A DNA stretch of 64,000 nt from Utricularia gibba (Eukaryota > Plantae > Magnoliophyta): assembly GCA_002189035.1 (NCBI GenBank), contig NEEC01000023.1, positions 248,001-312,000 on the forward strand. The letters are read 5' to 3'. Below are positions 12,794-26,035 of the stretch, in pieces. Both the position numbers and the translations under genes were made by a program. The notes under the pieces were generated by a model. The model did no database searches. It had not been told where the DNA came from and saw nothing but the letters and a program-made list of their open reading frames with translations. Positions within the stretch are counted from its first letter, which is position 1. Each line of letters starts with the position of its first letter.

Positions 12794-15700
12794 TCAACCA
12801 TCCCATCCGTCTATCCTCCTACCAAACATGACTTTCCTGTCACTTAAACTCCCATACCAAACAGAGAATTTTTCCAAGCATTGGTTTCTCAACCCGAAAT
12901 GAGCATTCATGTACTTGCTGATCGCCACCCCGGACAATTTCGACGTGTCCACCACCCAGGATGGTCTAACATACTCCACAACGTTAGAAGAGCTATGGTT
13001 TGCGTACAAGTAGTTCAACAGCAGGTCTTCACAGTTGAATAGCTCGTCTACCAGTGCTCGACCTGCTGCAGCTTCCTCACTCCAGTACCTCCTGAAAGCC
13101 ATTTTGGCATCCATGAAAGCAGCACCGGTCAAGATCAAGTTGTACCCCTTGTGTTTCCTAGCATGTTTTTCTGCTTTGTACCTCAAAGGGTTCCCACTTG
13201 CGAGGCGAGGATAGAACCCGACAATGCGATCTGGATACTGTCGCCAGACATGGAACCCCCGCTCAATATCATCACAAGTCATCATGATATCATCATCCAG
13301 CTCAAGAACTGCTCGAGTTTTTATCAAAGGATCATCTATAAAACGGTTGTTTAGTGAGTTTTCCCTCTCTACTCGTATCCGTATCGGAACAGCAGAATCA
13401 AAGTTGCTGACTTGTGGAGGTGTCCCTCTGTTCCAGACAACTACAATCTCATGCACTGATGAGCAACGAGAGTAGTGTTTTATGTACATCTTCAGATTCA
13501 AGAGACGTGCATCATAGGTCATTGTAAGTAGAGTAAACTGGGAGTAATGACCTTTATAGATGTATGGTTCTTCAGCACCATTTCCACCATATATATACTT
13601 GATCCCAAAGCTTGTTAATGTAATGGCCAGCAAGATCGTCAGAACAAGGACAATGATTCCAGTGCAGGTATTGGGTCTCAGTGTAGCATGTAGAACTGAA
13701 CTTGCACGGTTTAAGCGACTGCAAAGGAGCTGCAACTTCATTGATAACCAGCTTTGCCTCTCCCACGCCAAGATTGTATCCTCTCTCTTTTCAGTGTAGC
13801 AGGCATACCACGTTAAGGGCACTAAAAATCTCACAGCCCCAAGGAAGATCCCAGCTAGTACAACCAAAGCTGCAACAGCAACCACTGATGCGGCCCCGAG
13901 AATGAAGCGCCTCGATTTATAACCAGAAAGCACACGATCCCCATCCATAACTGCAATCCAGGTACTGGAGTTGAGCTGCTGAACATCTAGATGATGGACA
14001 CGGGCCCCATTCCATGAGTTCCATCCCTTGTTTGACATGGGCACACCAAAAGGTACCTCTACTTCTTTGAACTCTTCAGTTGTCAGCACTTCAATTTTGA
14101 ATATGTGCACGCGTCTGCCATATGTATCACCACAGTCTTGACCCACACGATAGAGGTTTCCGTTGTGTACAAAAGGCCTTCCTCCATTTCGAGCTCCCCT
14201 GCTCTTGTCCGCATTATATATTGGGTTCTTCTTGTGGTGTTTCCAAGGACCAAAAGGTGAGCTGCTATACCAGATCTCAAGCTGGCCATTCTTTTCAGTG
14301 CCAATTCCTCTATGATCAGAACCAAAAATCCAGAACTTACCACCATATGGAATCATAAAGGAATCAACTAAAGGTTTTTTAATAATAACTTTTTCGAAAG
14401 CCCATTTCAAAGGGAAATCAACTGCATGATAAAGACGAAGTTCCCCTCTAGCACTTCCCTCGGGCATCATATAAATCTGGAAACAAAAAGAAAAAAGTAG
14501 AGATCACATCCTATTAGATAAATAATCAACAAGTGTAAGTTTTAATGCAAGGTAATCTTAGAATGCAGGCGATCGATTATGAATATCTAAGAAGTTCAAG
14601 GTCTTACCTTTCCTTGATACTCAAAAATATATGGGAAAGAGAGGTGCCACTCTTCATCAAGCGCAATACCCAGGTGATTCCATGTGGCTCCCTGGTCAGT
14701 ACTTTGTGAAACACCAATATCTCCTTGCATAGTCAGTGAGTTTTTTGTCTCGTAGAACAGGTAAAAAACATTATCCTGCACATTCAATAATATGCTTCAG
14801 CTCCTGTGAGCACTTAAATAGCACAAGAATGAGGAGCACATTCAGCTCCAGAAAACTTAAAGTAATACAAAAATGGGGTCCTCCAAGGCAGTAAAATAAT
14901 CATTTGACCAAGCCAAATGTTCACGTAGGATAACGTCAAGCAAAAAAGGAGTTGCTTGGATATAGAAGCAAAACTCCTCAAAAAGTGCATGAAACGTAAG
15001 ATTCATCTCAATCACCCAATGTATTCCATAAAAGGATAAATAGCTTAGTACTGCTTGAATTCACTTGAAACAATCCATGAAATGATGATATACTGCTCAG
15101 ACTGTGGTAGACTCCAACCCACGAAATAGCAACACAATTAAAGAGAGTACAGTATATGATCCGTGGTAACTAAAAACCTCTTATTATCAAGACAAGATGA
15201 TCATGTGATTGAGTCGAGACAAGCAAATAGAAAGATGCAGCTAACTAAACAATCAAATCCTGCAAAAGTTGTTCTTTGACTTTTCACATATCAACCAGCT
15301 TACTCTAATCAAAAGTTGTTCTGTTGAGCTAGCTAAATAGAAAGATGTAGCTAACTCGGGACGTTTTGAGGACAGGAGGAAATATCTGTAGTCGGCTGGG
15401 GTTGGAACAAATAAACAGTAAAAGAAAATTAATTTAATCGAAGTGCAGATAAACAACACAAAGAGAGAGAGGCCGCTTGACACAACATCCGGAGAAGTAT
15501 AGTTACCAATGTCATAATAAGACGTGAAGAGCAAATAAATTTAATCGAAGTGCCCAAGCACTAGTTCATATTAGTTCAACTATTATATGTTGCAAAGAAA
15601 TGACAGTTCACTCCATCCATCATTCACAGGTTAGAAAAGCCATAAGTGTTACCTTAACATAAAGAAACGGATCGGCAACAAAATTACTGGGAAATCCAGC

Positions 15701-16409
15701 ATCAGAAACAGAACCACATGTGAGAACCGGGTTAGCCACTGGCCAAGCGGAACTTTTATCCTCCCATACATTCATCTGCCCACAAAGTTTCTAAAGGTCA
15801 ACCAGTCTTCAAATCGAGTATTACAGTCTCAGAAAATTAGGACGGATTTGTAAAAACAATAAACCCTGAAGTGAGACACCTCGTCAAAAGGTCATCATCA
15901 ATTCACAACATCCAACAGAAAACCCCTTGCAGGATCAATTGAAAATCATGGAGACCGAAGCACAAGAAAACTTGGAAAAGTCATTTGTTCTCCATATCCA
16001 TCATCTACAGTACAACCAATTAAAAACACAAGCCGCAATAACCAAACCCTTCACGATCTCATACGCAACCCAAATTCCTGTAGAGCACGACAACAAGAGA
16101 AGAAAGGAAAGTTTACATCTTCGATGGGTTTGAGAGAAAACGGAGAATCCCCATAAAAAACACCAATAGCCCACGAACCCTCGTTGTCTTCTCGACATCC
16201 AATCGTGGTCGAGCTCAGACCTCCGCGCAGATTCGGCGGGAGTAAGAATCTCCCATAAAATCCCCAAAGGATCCCAGAACAACAAAAGAGCAGACGAAAT
16301 ACGCGAAAGTTGGCGACAAAAGACACCCATCGTGGTTAGCGTGGCTCCCGTTCTTGGTACTAAAGCCATTAGAACTCCTGGTACCGGCAAGAATCGGGCT
16401 TGAACCCAT
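12794..16409 (-). CDS. GINT1: Glycosyltransferase family 64 protein C5 / GINT1-like (apparent 1-bp frameshift in exon 1)
   Basis: Exons 16409-16117, 15775-15653, 14775-14608 and 14476-12794. Motifs: GCREDNEGSWAIGVFYGDSPFSLKPIE, PSNFVADPFLY, HLSFPYIF, NSLNNRF, LELDDDIMM, NCEDLLLNY. The frame breaks at C-run 16262-16265. Confidence 0.88.
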
Positions 16410-18224
16410 CACATGAAAATGGCTAACAAAAGACAAACAACGGCGCGGGTTTGCATGGAAAAGGAAATCTCTTCATAGATTAATAGCTGTCTCCGCCATT
16501 CCAGAAAAAGGGTAATTTCATTTCCAACACCCCTCAAAACCGATCTGTAGAACTCGTCGAGTCCGGCTCTAAAACCAGTACAGGACACGGATTCCAAAGG
16601 TAGTTGTCACTTTCCAGCACACCCCCAGCAACGTGTCTGTCTATCGAGAAGAGCAATTGTGGCCGAATGTGCGAATCTTAGGATGGCGCAGCTCGACCTC
16701 GTGCGTAAGGCATCTGGTTCGGTTCTGTGTGCGGTGCGGCGCGGCGCGGCGCGTTGTCGTCATACAAACAAATTCGTAATAATCCACACAGAAAATGATG
16801 GATTCATTACATTTGAATTTCTCCCATCAGCGATTTGTCCACGTGGCATTGATAAGACTCCAAATTACTTATAATGACATCTTATTCCTAAATAAGTCAT
16901 TCATTTAATTAAATATTAATTTTCTAAATCAGGGGCGGGCATAAAGTCAACTCATAGATCCACTTTCAGCAAAAACCAACCAACTTCATTAATTATTAAA
17001 CAAAATTATTAAATTTAAGTCGGGTCAATGCTCAGTATACCATCTTCTACCTTTTTATATATTATTATTATTATTATTAACATTTTTTTTATATTTATAT
17101 GTACTGAATTACAAATATTAAAACATATATTCATCCAAATTTGCTTATGTACACATGTAATGAGGGCTTTAAAAAATTATTTTTATTATTTTTCACACTA
17201 AATTATTATTTCTAATACCTTTGCTTTTCTAAATCAGACCAAATGAAACATTTCTATATATAGCAAAATAAATTGCTGTAAATCCCTATAAGTTCACTAT
17301 TATTACAAACATATTTAAAAAATTAGATTATTATTCAAAAGAATACAAATAATAATATTTCGAGAAATACAATACAGATCCAATTCAAACTTGGTTTCAA
17401 TTTCAGATAATTCTAATATATTGTAAACGCTAGAGTGCCACTTGTCATTTTTTATATTAATTTTTTTTGTAATTTAACACGTGATAAATAAATTGAAGAT
17501 GGGCGATTTTATAATGAATAAAAATGTAACAAAATAATGAGTAAAAATGTGGTATAATTAACACGGATACAAATAATATTGTAATGGTAACCTTGCGATA
17601 CAAGTTACGCGGATGGTCGTCAGTAGGCACGCGAGGGTAGGCGAGTATAGGGTATCAACTAACGTCGGCTTAGTTGACCCGCGACGACGTCGTTTGAATG
17701 CACACTGCACCGCCTGCCATCCAAGAAAACCCACCAGCGTCTCAACTGCAGTACAATGAACGCATTTATGGCATTTGATGAGGAGATTAGTGATGAAATC
17801 TATGATTAACAATGTGACAAAGACCTTGAAAATGGGCAGCATTAGGCACTGTGTTAGAAGGAAGATATAAGTTGATAATTTTTTAAACAAAAGTTGCCAA
17901 AGAGTAGCTGGCCTGTACTACCAAAGACAGAGACTATAGAGGGATTGGGTGCTATGTGAATGATGAAAGAAAGGGTATTGTATGAAGGCATTGCAATGGG
18001 AAACAGCATTTAGAACGCATGCCTCTGCATATGGAACACAGAACAGGGAAATGACTTTCAACTCCACACACCTGACATTTTATCATATCAGTTGTGGTTA
18101 GGCCGTGCCACCTGATCGACAGCAATAACCAATATTTGAAATGGCAATTTGCATTCAAGTAGATATAATCCAAGGCCCAGAAGAAGGGTTATTTTCATCA
18201 CCTTGTTAATCTGATTTTAAAGGC

Positions 18225-19811
18225 TTAACCAGAAGCAGGAGAATTGGGGGAGACATCGTCCTGATCAGGCTTCTTTTGACCCTTGCGTTCGTTCCATTTC
18301 ATCCAAGCCCACCTCATGACAAGAAATCCTCCAAGGGCGTACACCTGTTTCGCCATCAAAAAAATTGTAGGAGAATATCAACATACAAAGTGTTGCTTAA
18401 AAAAAAAAAAAATCAATGCGCAAGTTTGAACATCCAATAGAAACTTGAGTTTCCATGCGATTACTCTAGAGACTTGAGTATTCCTCCATAACTTGGCAGT
18501 AGCTGGAAACCGACCTCATTATTTCTAGCAATCAATCACTCGGTGTCATGTGGTTATTTATACTGCATGGTGCAAATATTCCCATAGATACACAAACATG
18601 GTAGGATCGATGGTACCACATCAAAAAACACCAACACCAGTAAACTATGCAAAGAATGTAGATTCCGGGGAGAATTACTGTGGCCACTCAATTGGTATTG
18701 TAGCAACTTTGACTCATGCTAAAAACATAGTTATTTAATGACATCTACAGTTTTTGTTCGTGTGGCTTATGATCTCTCAAATGGTATTTTAGCAACTTTG
18801 ACGTATGCTAAAAACATAGTTATTTAACGACATCTACAGTTGTTGTTCATGTGGCTTTTGAAGTACCTTTGCAGCCTATAGTTACAAAGAATGTAGCAGA
18901 TACAATACACCATGCGTGCACCAATTTTATAACCTTGAAAATGTAATTAAATATTTTTCCCAGAGGCATGGAAAGAAGATATAAGACAATTACGTACAAG
19001 AACCGTACAACACAGAAAAAATATTACTGTTCAATCATATCTTATGCTAAATGCCATCCTCTTTGACAATAAATTCGCCATTTTTAAATAACAGCCGGAG
19101 GGTTTTCAAATCATCTACAAAGATGCATCTCTGCAACCAAATCACATGGTTGGTTTTATCACCAACAATAGTTTCCCTGATCTTTCTTGTAAAAGACTAG
19201 AACGCACAGTGAAGCATTAAAAGGAATTGATGGAGAACATGATACAATAATTTGAAGGTCTAATTACCTATTCCTCAAGCGAGCCAAATCTAATCAACCG
19301 TTACCAATTGCTGTCCCAAAGACCAGCAATATTTCAGACATTTCAGAAAGCAAAAACACATATTCCATTAACTAAAATCACATAAATTAATCAAACAGTC
19401 AGCTTCATATCGTAGCCAAATGAGTATACGAATAAGAACTAGTATCCACATACGCAAAACGAAGACAGCATACAAAAAAAAAGGGCAAAAAAGAAGCAAC
19501 TGTACCTGCCATAGAAGCACTGGATTCGTACTGCGTTCCGGTCCCTCCATTTCCGTTTTAATTTTGACAGGGGCGACGGTCTGAGGAAACGACACTCTTG
19601 CAACAACATTCTTGGGCTCATCTTCCACCGCGAGGGCCGAAGTATTCTTCAAGGATTCCTCTTTATTGGCAGAAGTCGATGAAGAACTCTCAACGACAGC
19701 ATCATCACTGCCCTTCTTCTGTAGAAATGGCAGTTTGATTGCATTGAGAAGATTCGAGATGAAAATCAAGACTGGATTTTGCTCCACTTCTTCTCCCGCA
19801 GGCTCCGCCAT
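18225..19811 (-). CDS. Small acidic protein with C-terminal TM helix, resembling plastid outer-envelope OMP24 / At3g52230-like proteins
   Basis: Exons 19811-19506 and 18344-18225 splice to ...ERSTNPVLLWQ|VYALGGFLVMRWAWMKWNERKGQKK...SG* (141 aa). Family assignment is from recall. Confidence 0.75.
18693..18861. repeat. Two-copy tandem repeat, period about 89 bp, intronic
   Basis: TGGTATTGTAGCAACTTTGACTCATGCTAAAAACATAGTTATTTAATGACATCTACAG... (18693) is repeated with a few substitutions from 18782. Confidence 0.9.
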
Positions 19812-20205
19812 TTCTTCGTTGCAGTCGGTGAGCAACGAGCATCTGGCGGTAATGTACAATGCGGGCTTTGTTACGACGTCGTTTCTCCCGTTGTTTTAGA
19901 TGAGCAGGCCCAATAGATAATGAGCCATTCAACTGGCCTGCTTATCGAGAATTCTGGGCCAGTTCGTTTGATCTTTGTAGGCCAGACCCATTTTAATAGG
20001 CCCATTTATGAAAACCTTATCCGCCATGGATGTCTATCTGTTGGGGTTTGGCCCCGCAGTTGCTTGTTTTGTCTGAAGATATTTTCTGTGTTCCTTCTTT
20101 GATGATAATCCAGCAGGTGTTGATTCTATACACTGGAACGATCCACCGAACTGTTTTGATTTCTACCAAGTTTTAGGCTTTGAGTTGTAATCTTTTCGTG
20201 TTGAA
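19812..20205. promoter_or_regulatory. Bidirectional promoter with site II motifs
   Basis: 394 bp between head-to-head ATGs. GGCCCA/TGGGCC occurs at 19907, 19955 and 19999. Confidence 0.55.
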
Positions 20206-21652
20206 ATGCTTGGAAATACAGCCTGGGCGGCGGCTTCATTCACCTCGCCCTTCCCTTGCCGCTTCTGCGGTACTTTTTCGACCCGGAGCAAAAATCCTCC
20301 CGGTTCTTCCCTAGAGAATGCACTCTTGCCTCCTCTTGATGCAAGATTTTATGTTAGGAAATCAAGCTTCAATGTATTATGCGCAAATGCTGCAAGATGG
20401 TCTATAAGCCCGAATGCCTCCTTGATTGAAGCTCCTGTTTTATGGGCTGGCCGTTTATGCATCTTTTACGCACTTTTAAAAGCCGGGTTGGCTGGATCGC
20501 CATCTAATCCGCTTATTTCAGGTACCCGGAAGATGTTTTTGTTTTGTTTTTTTTTTTCAAGTGATGTATGAATGTACCGTTGTTTTTTGTTTACTCTGTA
20601 AGCCATATACATCTTTGCGTTTGATGTTAGAGATGGAAACTGGCGTTGATGACTTGGGATTCTCTAGCTGGTTCAATCAGTTAAGCAAACCAGGTTAGTG
20701 GCCTTGGTCCTGGTGTTATTTGCTTCCTCTTACACTCTTCGAGACGGAGAATGAATTTATCTTTTTGCTTATTGCAGCACTTTATTAGAGATTTGATAAT
20801 ATTTTTCTGGTGGTGGCGTTGCATACTCTTTATAAAGGTCATTCATAACTTTTTCCCATGAATGTTACGGAGTTGTGATCATTGCATCTTTTCTGTGATC
20901 TGTTGAGGTAGAAAAATATGCTCTGCTTCCTGCACTTTATTCAAATGGGAACCCATTAAAAGATGGATACATCCATAGTCTAGTGGAATTGGAGCCCAAA
21001 GTACACATGGTGTGGCTATTGAGCTGGTTGGAGTTTCTGGCTTAATGACTTCATAACTTGTGTGTATGTGAAATGGAACCTATGAAAACGTGGGTGCATT
21101 CGTAGTCTATTGGTAGTTGATACTGGGGCTCCTAAATCTTAACTTGCCTTTGGAGTTCGAAGCATCAAACTAACTCATACGAGTACTAATCCAGAAAAAG
21201 AGGCAGTTGACAGAAGGAAACTAGTGAGCAAATGGCATCCTACAACAAAAGGCACCCTCCGCCGCAACTACCGGGTGCCATCCAAGTCCAAGGGACTGAA
21301 TCTACTCAAAGCCATTGCATCCTTGTTGTCAGATGATGATCAGTTTAGAGATGCTACATCACACAAAGTAATGCTCATCACCATCTTCAACCAAGATCTC
21401 TTTCTAAAAGCTTGCTATGCTTCAGTTCTTACCTTGTTCTTCCTATTCTTTCAGGGGTGTCAGATAAGAAGGGAAAATGCTCATGGAGAAAGCGTATGCT
21501 GCAACAATGTGCGAGCCATGTTCGATGAGCTGCCGACGCCGCACCTAATTGTGGAAATCACACCATTCCCGGTTGGCCCTTTGACAGCAAATGACTATGC
21601 CAAGGCAGAGAAGATAGAAAGAGTGCTTAGGTCTGGAGGTCCTTCCGTTTGA
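20206..21652 (+). CDS. Conserved uncharacterised plant protein, probably plastid-targeted
   Basis: Four in-frame exons: transit-like N-terminus, APVLWAGRLCIFYALLKAGLAGSPSNPLIS, then SKWHPTTKGTLRRNYRVPSKS..SLLSDDDQFRDATSHKGCQIRRENAHGESVCCNNVRAMFDELPTPHLIVEITPFP..GPSV*. Confidence 0.82.
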
Positions 21653-21843
21653 ACATTCCTTGTTTTATTTGTCTGCAAATGTGAACTTGTGAAGAAGGAA
21701 GGGAACTAGCCGTTTATGCATTGCAGTTGCACTCTTTTTAATCTTTTGAAAGTATACATTTGCCCCCGAATGTTTTCAAAAGATGCAAAACTGGCCCTAA
21801 ATTTTCCAAAAGGGTTCCAGACATTTGAAGATAATTTTAAAAG

Positions 21844-23248
21844 TTACCCCAAAAGTTGTTTAAATTCTTCTCCTTCCCCACAGTTTTCCAACTCTTCCAT
21901 TTGCAGCCTGAAACCCGCAGCCACGTCTTCCTCCAAATGTATCAAAATCCTCAGGCCCTCTTCTGCCGGCAGGAAGAAGCAAGGCTCCAGGCTTCCCAGC
22001 AGGCGTCGCGACAGCGGCACCACCTCCGCCGCAGCGCCCCATCCGAAATCCACCGCCGAGTGTCCCAAGTGCCTCCAATCGGTGAACGCACTTACTCTCT
22101 TCCCGGCGTTGATTCCCTCGTCGTAGTGCATCTCTTGAAAATCGATGAATGTTGAGACGTACTCCGCCGTAACGCAGCGCTTGCTTTTCTTGATTGATTC
22201 TGCGGTTTTCCAGGTCGGCCGCTCCGCCACCTCCTGGGCGGTGTGATTGACGTACATCGGAACGCAGCCGTTTCCCCAGTAACCGGCGGGGAGAGGTGGA
22301 TCGACAATGTTTCTGATGTTGATTGAGTATGCGAAGGTTAATTTGTCTTCCTTTGGGATTTGAGACGCCCTTGCTCTGAATCAAGGTGAGAATGAGTCAA
22401 TTGATTCTTCAGTTCTTTTACTAAGGAATTTGTTACCTTGCTCGCCACAGAAATGCCCCCAGTGCTTCGAATGTTGAGAATTTTGAACCAGTTTCATTCT
22501 GCAAGAATCCTTTGAGTCTGTTGAGCGATTCCTCTTTAATATGAAACAACTCCCTTCTGATTTGTTTTCCAGAATCTGAACAAGGAACGAATTTGCAGTC
22601 CAAGTTCAGAAGTTCCTGTATCTGGAAGTCAATCCGGGGTGGTTTCCTCGGGCCTAGCAAAGCCGTCCTCTCCCACACCGGCTCTAACTTCATGTCGCTC
22701 CTCCGGCAGGCCATCCCTGCCATTGCGCTAAACAGATGAGTTGCTCCCAACCCATCACATATAGCGTGGTGTACAGCCACCCCGAGCACAAAACCCCCAC
22801 AGCGGAATCTCGTAACTTGCAAAGAAATCGGCTTGATCGGATACTGGCTCGCATCCGGATTCGGAGCCAACTTCTCAGCCAAGCTGTCGTCGACCTCAGT
22901 TTTGAGATGATTGAAGTGAACATCGATCAGGGGGCAACTGACGGCAGCATTGATCACAGGTACGCCGTCGGTTGACTTGCAACGTAGCTCAAGGCGACCG
23001 TCGGAGATGCGGCGGTGAAGTGAGCCGCAAAAAGGGTAAAATGGGACGAGGGCGGTGGAGAGCGCTTCCGTGATCACACGAAAGGGGTCAGTTTGCTGGC
23101 GTGGATTGTTGGGGTAAACGCGAAGGTACCGAAGAATGACGAGGAGATTGCGGTCTGTGTCGAGGTGGGAAAGGGAGAGTATGTGATCTTCTGCGAACGG
23201 TGGTTTGACAGGACGGATGACAGCCGTTTCTGTAACGGTGACATCCAT
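21844..23248 (-). CDS. BAHD acyltransferase (resembles the spermidine hydroxycinnamoyl transferase SDT/SCT group)
   Basis: Exons 23248-22437 and 22375-21844 (61-bp intron). Contains HXXXD (HHAICDG) and DFGWG motifs. Confidence 0.92.
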
Positions 23249-23958
23249 AGTTCCGGCAGGTGATGGAAGAAAGATGGAAAGCGAAGCACAGGTTTATGCG
23301 ACAATGAAGGTAACGTGGAGTCCGTTGGATGGTTGAATTTAGGTGGTGGAAAATGGAAGACCCGTTAAAATAAGCAATCCACCTACTGCTCACCCGTTTC
23401 ACCAAACAAGAGGCTGCCAAGTGACTATCAGTGTTTGAAATATGGTTGGTATATCGTCAAGGGCCGGTGTCCGGAATGAATTCTGATGTGGCTTTCTCAT
23501 AAAAAAACTTTATTTTGCTATGGATATGTTTTGAGTATAATACCTAAATCTTATTTATATTCCATGAAGCAAAAATGATGTTTATCCATGAATTGAGGTT
23601 GGGCGACAAGTGGGCTACGGACAGGCTGCAAGGCACTAAGAGCAGAACAGAAGGAAACAAAAGGCAAGTGGAAGGTGAAAGCCGCCACTTGTGACCATCC
23701 CATACCCATCCTTGTCACTGAGACAGATATTTCATCTTGTCCTGTTAACGCACTCCGAGATTCAAAATGCTAGTGCCCCTTTACTGCGCTTTTACACGCT
23801 TTGAGATTGCTTGTGATAGGCAGGTAGCCCACTGTCGCTTCTTCCACTTTTATTGCTTGCTGTGCGAAAAAAAAGATTTGGGGTTTTGTTTCTCATGACC
23901 TGCAGACCATAAATTCTGGGTTTTGGTTTTGGTTCCACCTTTCTCGGGTGGAGTTGGG

Positions 23959-25539
23959 ATGGGGAATTGCTGGTGTGGGTGGGAAACTTCCGGATTCAGG
24001 GAATCCTCCAGTGTCAAGTCTGGTGAGTTATCTGCATTCGAGTTTCTTGTTATGTTTCCCTTTTTGGGGTGAAATTATACATGCGAAAGATTGATTCTTG
24101 ATACATCACATTGTGTTTCATAATGAAACTACTGGAACTTGAAGAGAAACTCTCTTTTTCTTGCTTTTCCTGTTCTGCTGGATGAAGCCAGAACCACAAT
24201 TTGTTATCTGTTATCTGCTATCTGATTTGCTTTTTTGGTGACAGAGGATCATCAGCCTCCAAGACAAGTTAACAAGAATGAGAGGAAACTACCAGTAAAC
24301 CCTGCAGAAGTGGAAGATATGCGCGGGGCTGATGCAGCTAATCCCCTTGTGGCGTTCACTTTCGAAGAACTCCAGAAAATGACACAAAACTTCAACCGTG
24401 ATCTCATGTTGGGTGCTGGAGGATTCGGAAGGGTGTATAAAGGTTACATTTCTGTCGATCTACGCGAAGGACTGGAGCCAACCACGGTCGCCATTAAGGT
24501 CCATGATGGAGATAACAGCTTTCAAGGCCACAGGGAATGGATGGTGAGCACCTGCAATAGCTTTTGTTTAAATCTCTGCTTTGGTTGAAAGTTTTTTCAC
24601 CATTCCAGGCGGAGGTCATCTTTCTGGGGCAGCTTTCTCATCCAAATTTGGTGAAGCTAATAGGCTATTGCTGCGAGGATGTGCAGCGTGTTCTAGTGTA
24701 CGAGTACATGGCACGCGGGAGCGTCGAAAACAATCTGTTTTCAAGTAAGAATCTGAACTCCCTTGTCGCCATCTTTCTAGTAGCAGAACAAGACTGTTGG
24801 TTGCAGGAGTCCTGCTTCCCCTTTCATGGTCGGCAAGAATGAAGATCGCATACGGTGCAGCAAAAGGGCTTGCTTTTCTTCACGAATCAGAGAAACCAGT
24901 CATCTACAGAGACTTCAAGACATCCAACATTCTCCTAGATCAGGTGCCACTCTGTTAACCAAACATGATCTGTCTTGTCTCTGCATCTGTTAGAAACAGG
25001 AGAACCGAGCAATGTACACAGGACTACAATGTGAAACTCTCCGACTTCGGCCTGGCTAAAGACGGCCCCGTAGGAGACAATTCCACGTTTCCACTCGAAT
25101 CATGGGAACCCGCGGCTATGCCGCGCCGGAATACATAATGACAGGTAAACCTTCCATCACCGCCACTCCCTTGATTGGAGCAATGCCACATGAATTGCCA
25201 TGTATTGGCTTCACAGGCCACCTTTCGCCAAGCAGCGACGTCTACAGCTTTGGGGTGGTTCTGCTTGAGCTTCTTACAGGTAGAAAATCACTAGACAAGT
25301 CGAGGCCGGCCCGAGAACAGACTCTGACGGAATGGGCGATCCCGTTTCTGAGAGAAAAGAAGAAGGTGCTGAGCATTGTTGATCCCAGACTTGGGGGAGA
25401 TTTCCCCATGAAAGCTGCGTACAAGGCCTCTTTGCTTGCTTACCATTGCCTGAACCGCAATCCCAAAGCGAGGCCATTGATGCGGGATGTAGTAGAAACC
25501 TTGGAGCCTCTGCAGGCGTCCTCTGAAGAACTGATTTAA
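23959..25539 (+). CDS. RLCK-VII Ser/Thr kinase, PBL16-like (apparent 1-bp frameshift in exon 5)
   Basis: MGNCWC lipidation motif, [46 protein letters not shown] and RP motifs across six exons. The frame breaks at 25083-25084. Confidence 0.9.
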
Positions 25540-26035
25540 ACCCATCACTTCAACACAGGAGGTGATTGGTTTAAAATTCAGAATCTCAAAATTTTTATGA
25601 TTTTAATATTTATCAATTTATTATTATTATATCATTATCACACTGACCTTGGGGTTTTCCAGATAATTTGGAAAAAAAAATGACAAATTAGATAGGAAAA
25701 AAAGGTACCCATTTTTTAAAATAACTGGTAAAGAAGCAAATATCTAAAGCTATACTATATAATTGTTTAGAGTCTAAATAATATCAAAGTATTCAAACAA
25801 ATGAAATGTGTATTATTAAAATCATTAGAAGAATTAAAATTTATGAAATATCAATGTATTTAACTTTTTATAACAATTATATATAATTATTATTATTTAA
25901 ATTGTATAATTATTTTTAATAACAAACTTTTTTGGTAAAGAAGCGGTTTTTGAGGTCAAGCCGAGCCGTGACTGTCTGCGCACCTCTGTCACATTCCGAG
26001 CGAGGGGGGAGATACCTCTGTGAATTAGCGGTTTA

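Noticed and set aside
15428-15556. 16-bp repeat AATTTAATCGAAGTGC twice in a GINT1 intron
   Set aside because: Two short copies only, with no array structure.
21860-22384. 174-aa minus ORF and overlapping plus ORFs
   Set aside because: Alternative frames over the GC-rich BAHD exon 2.
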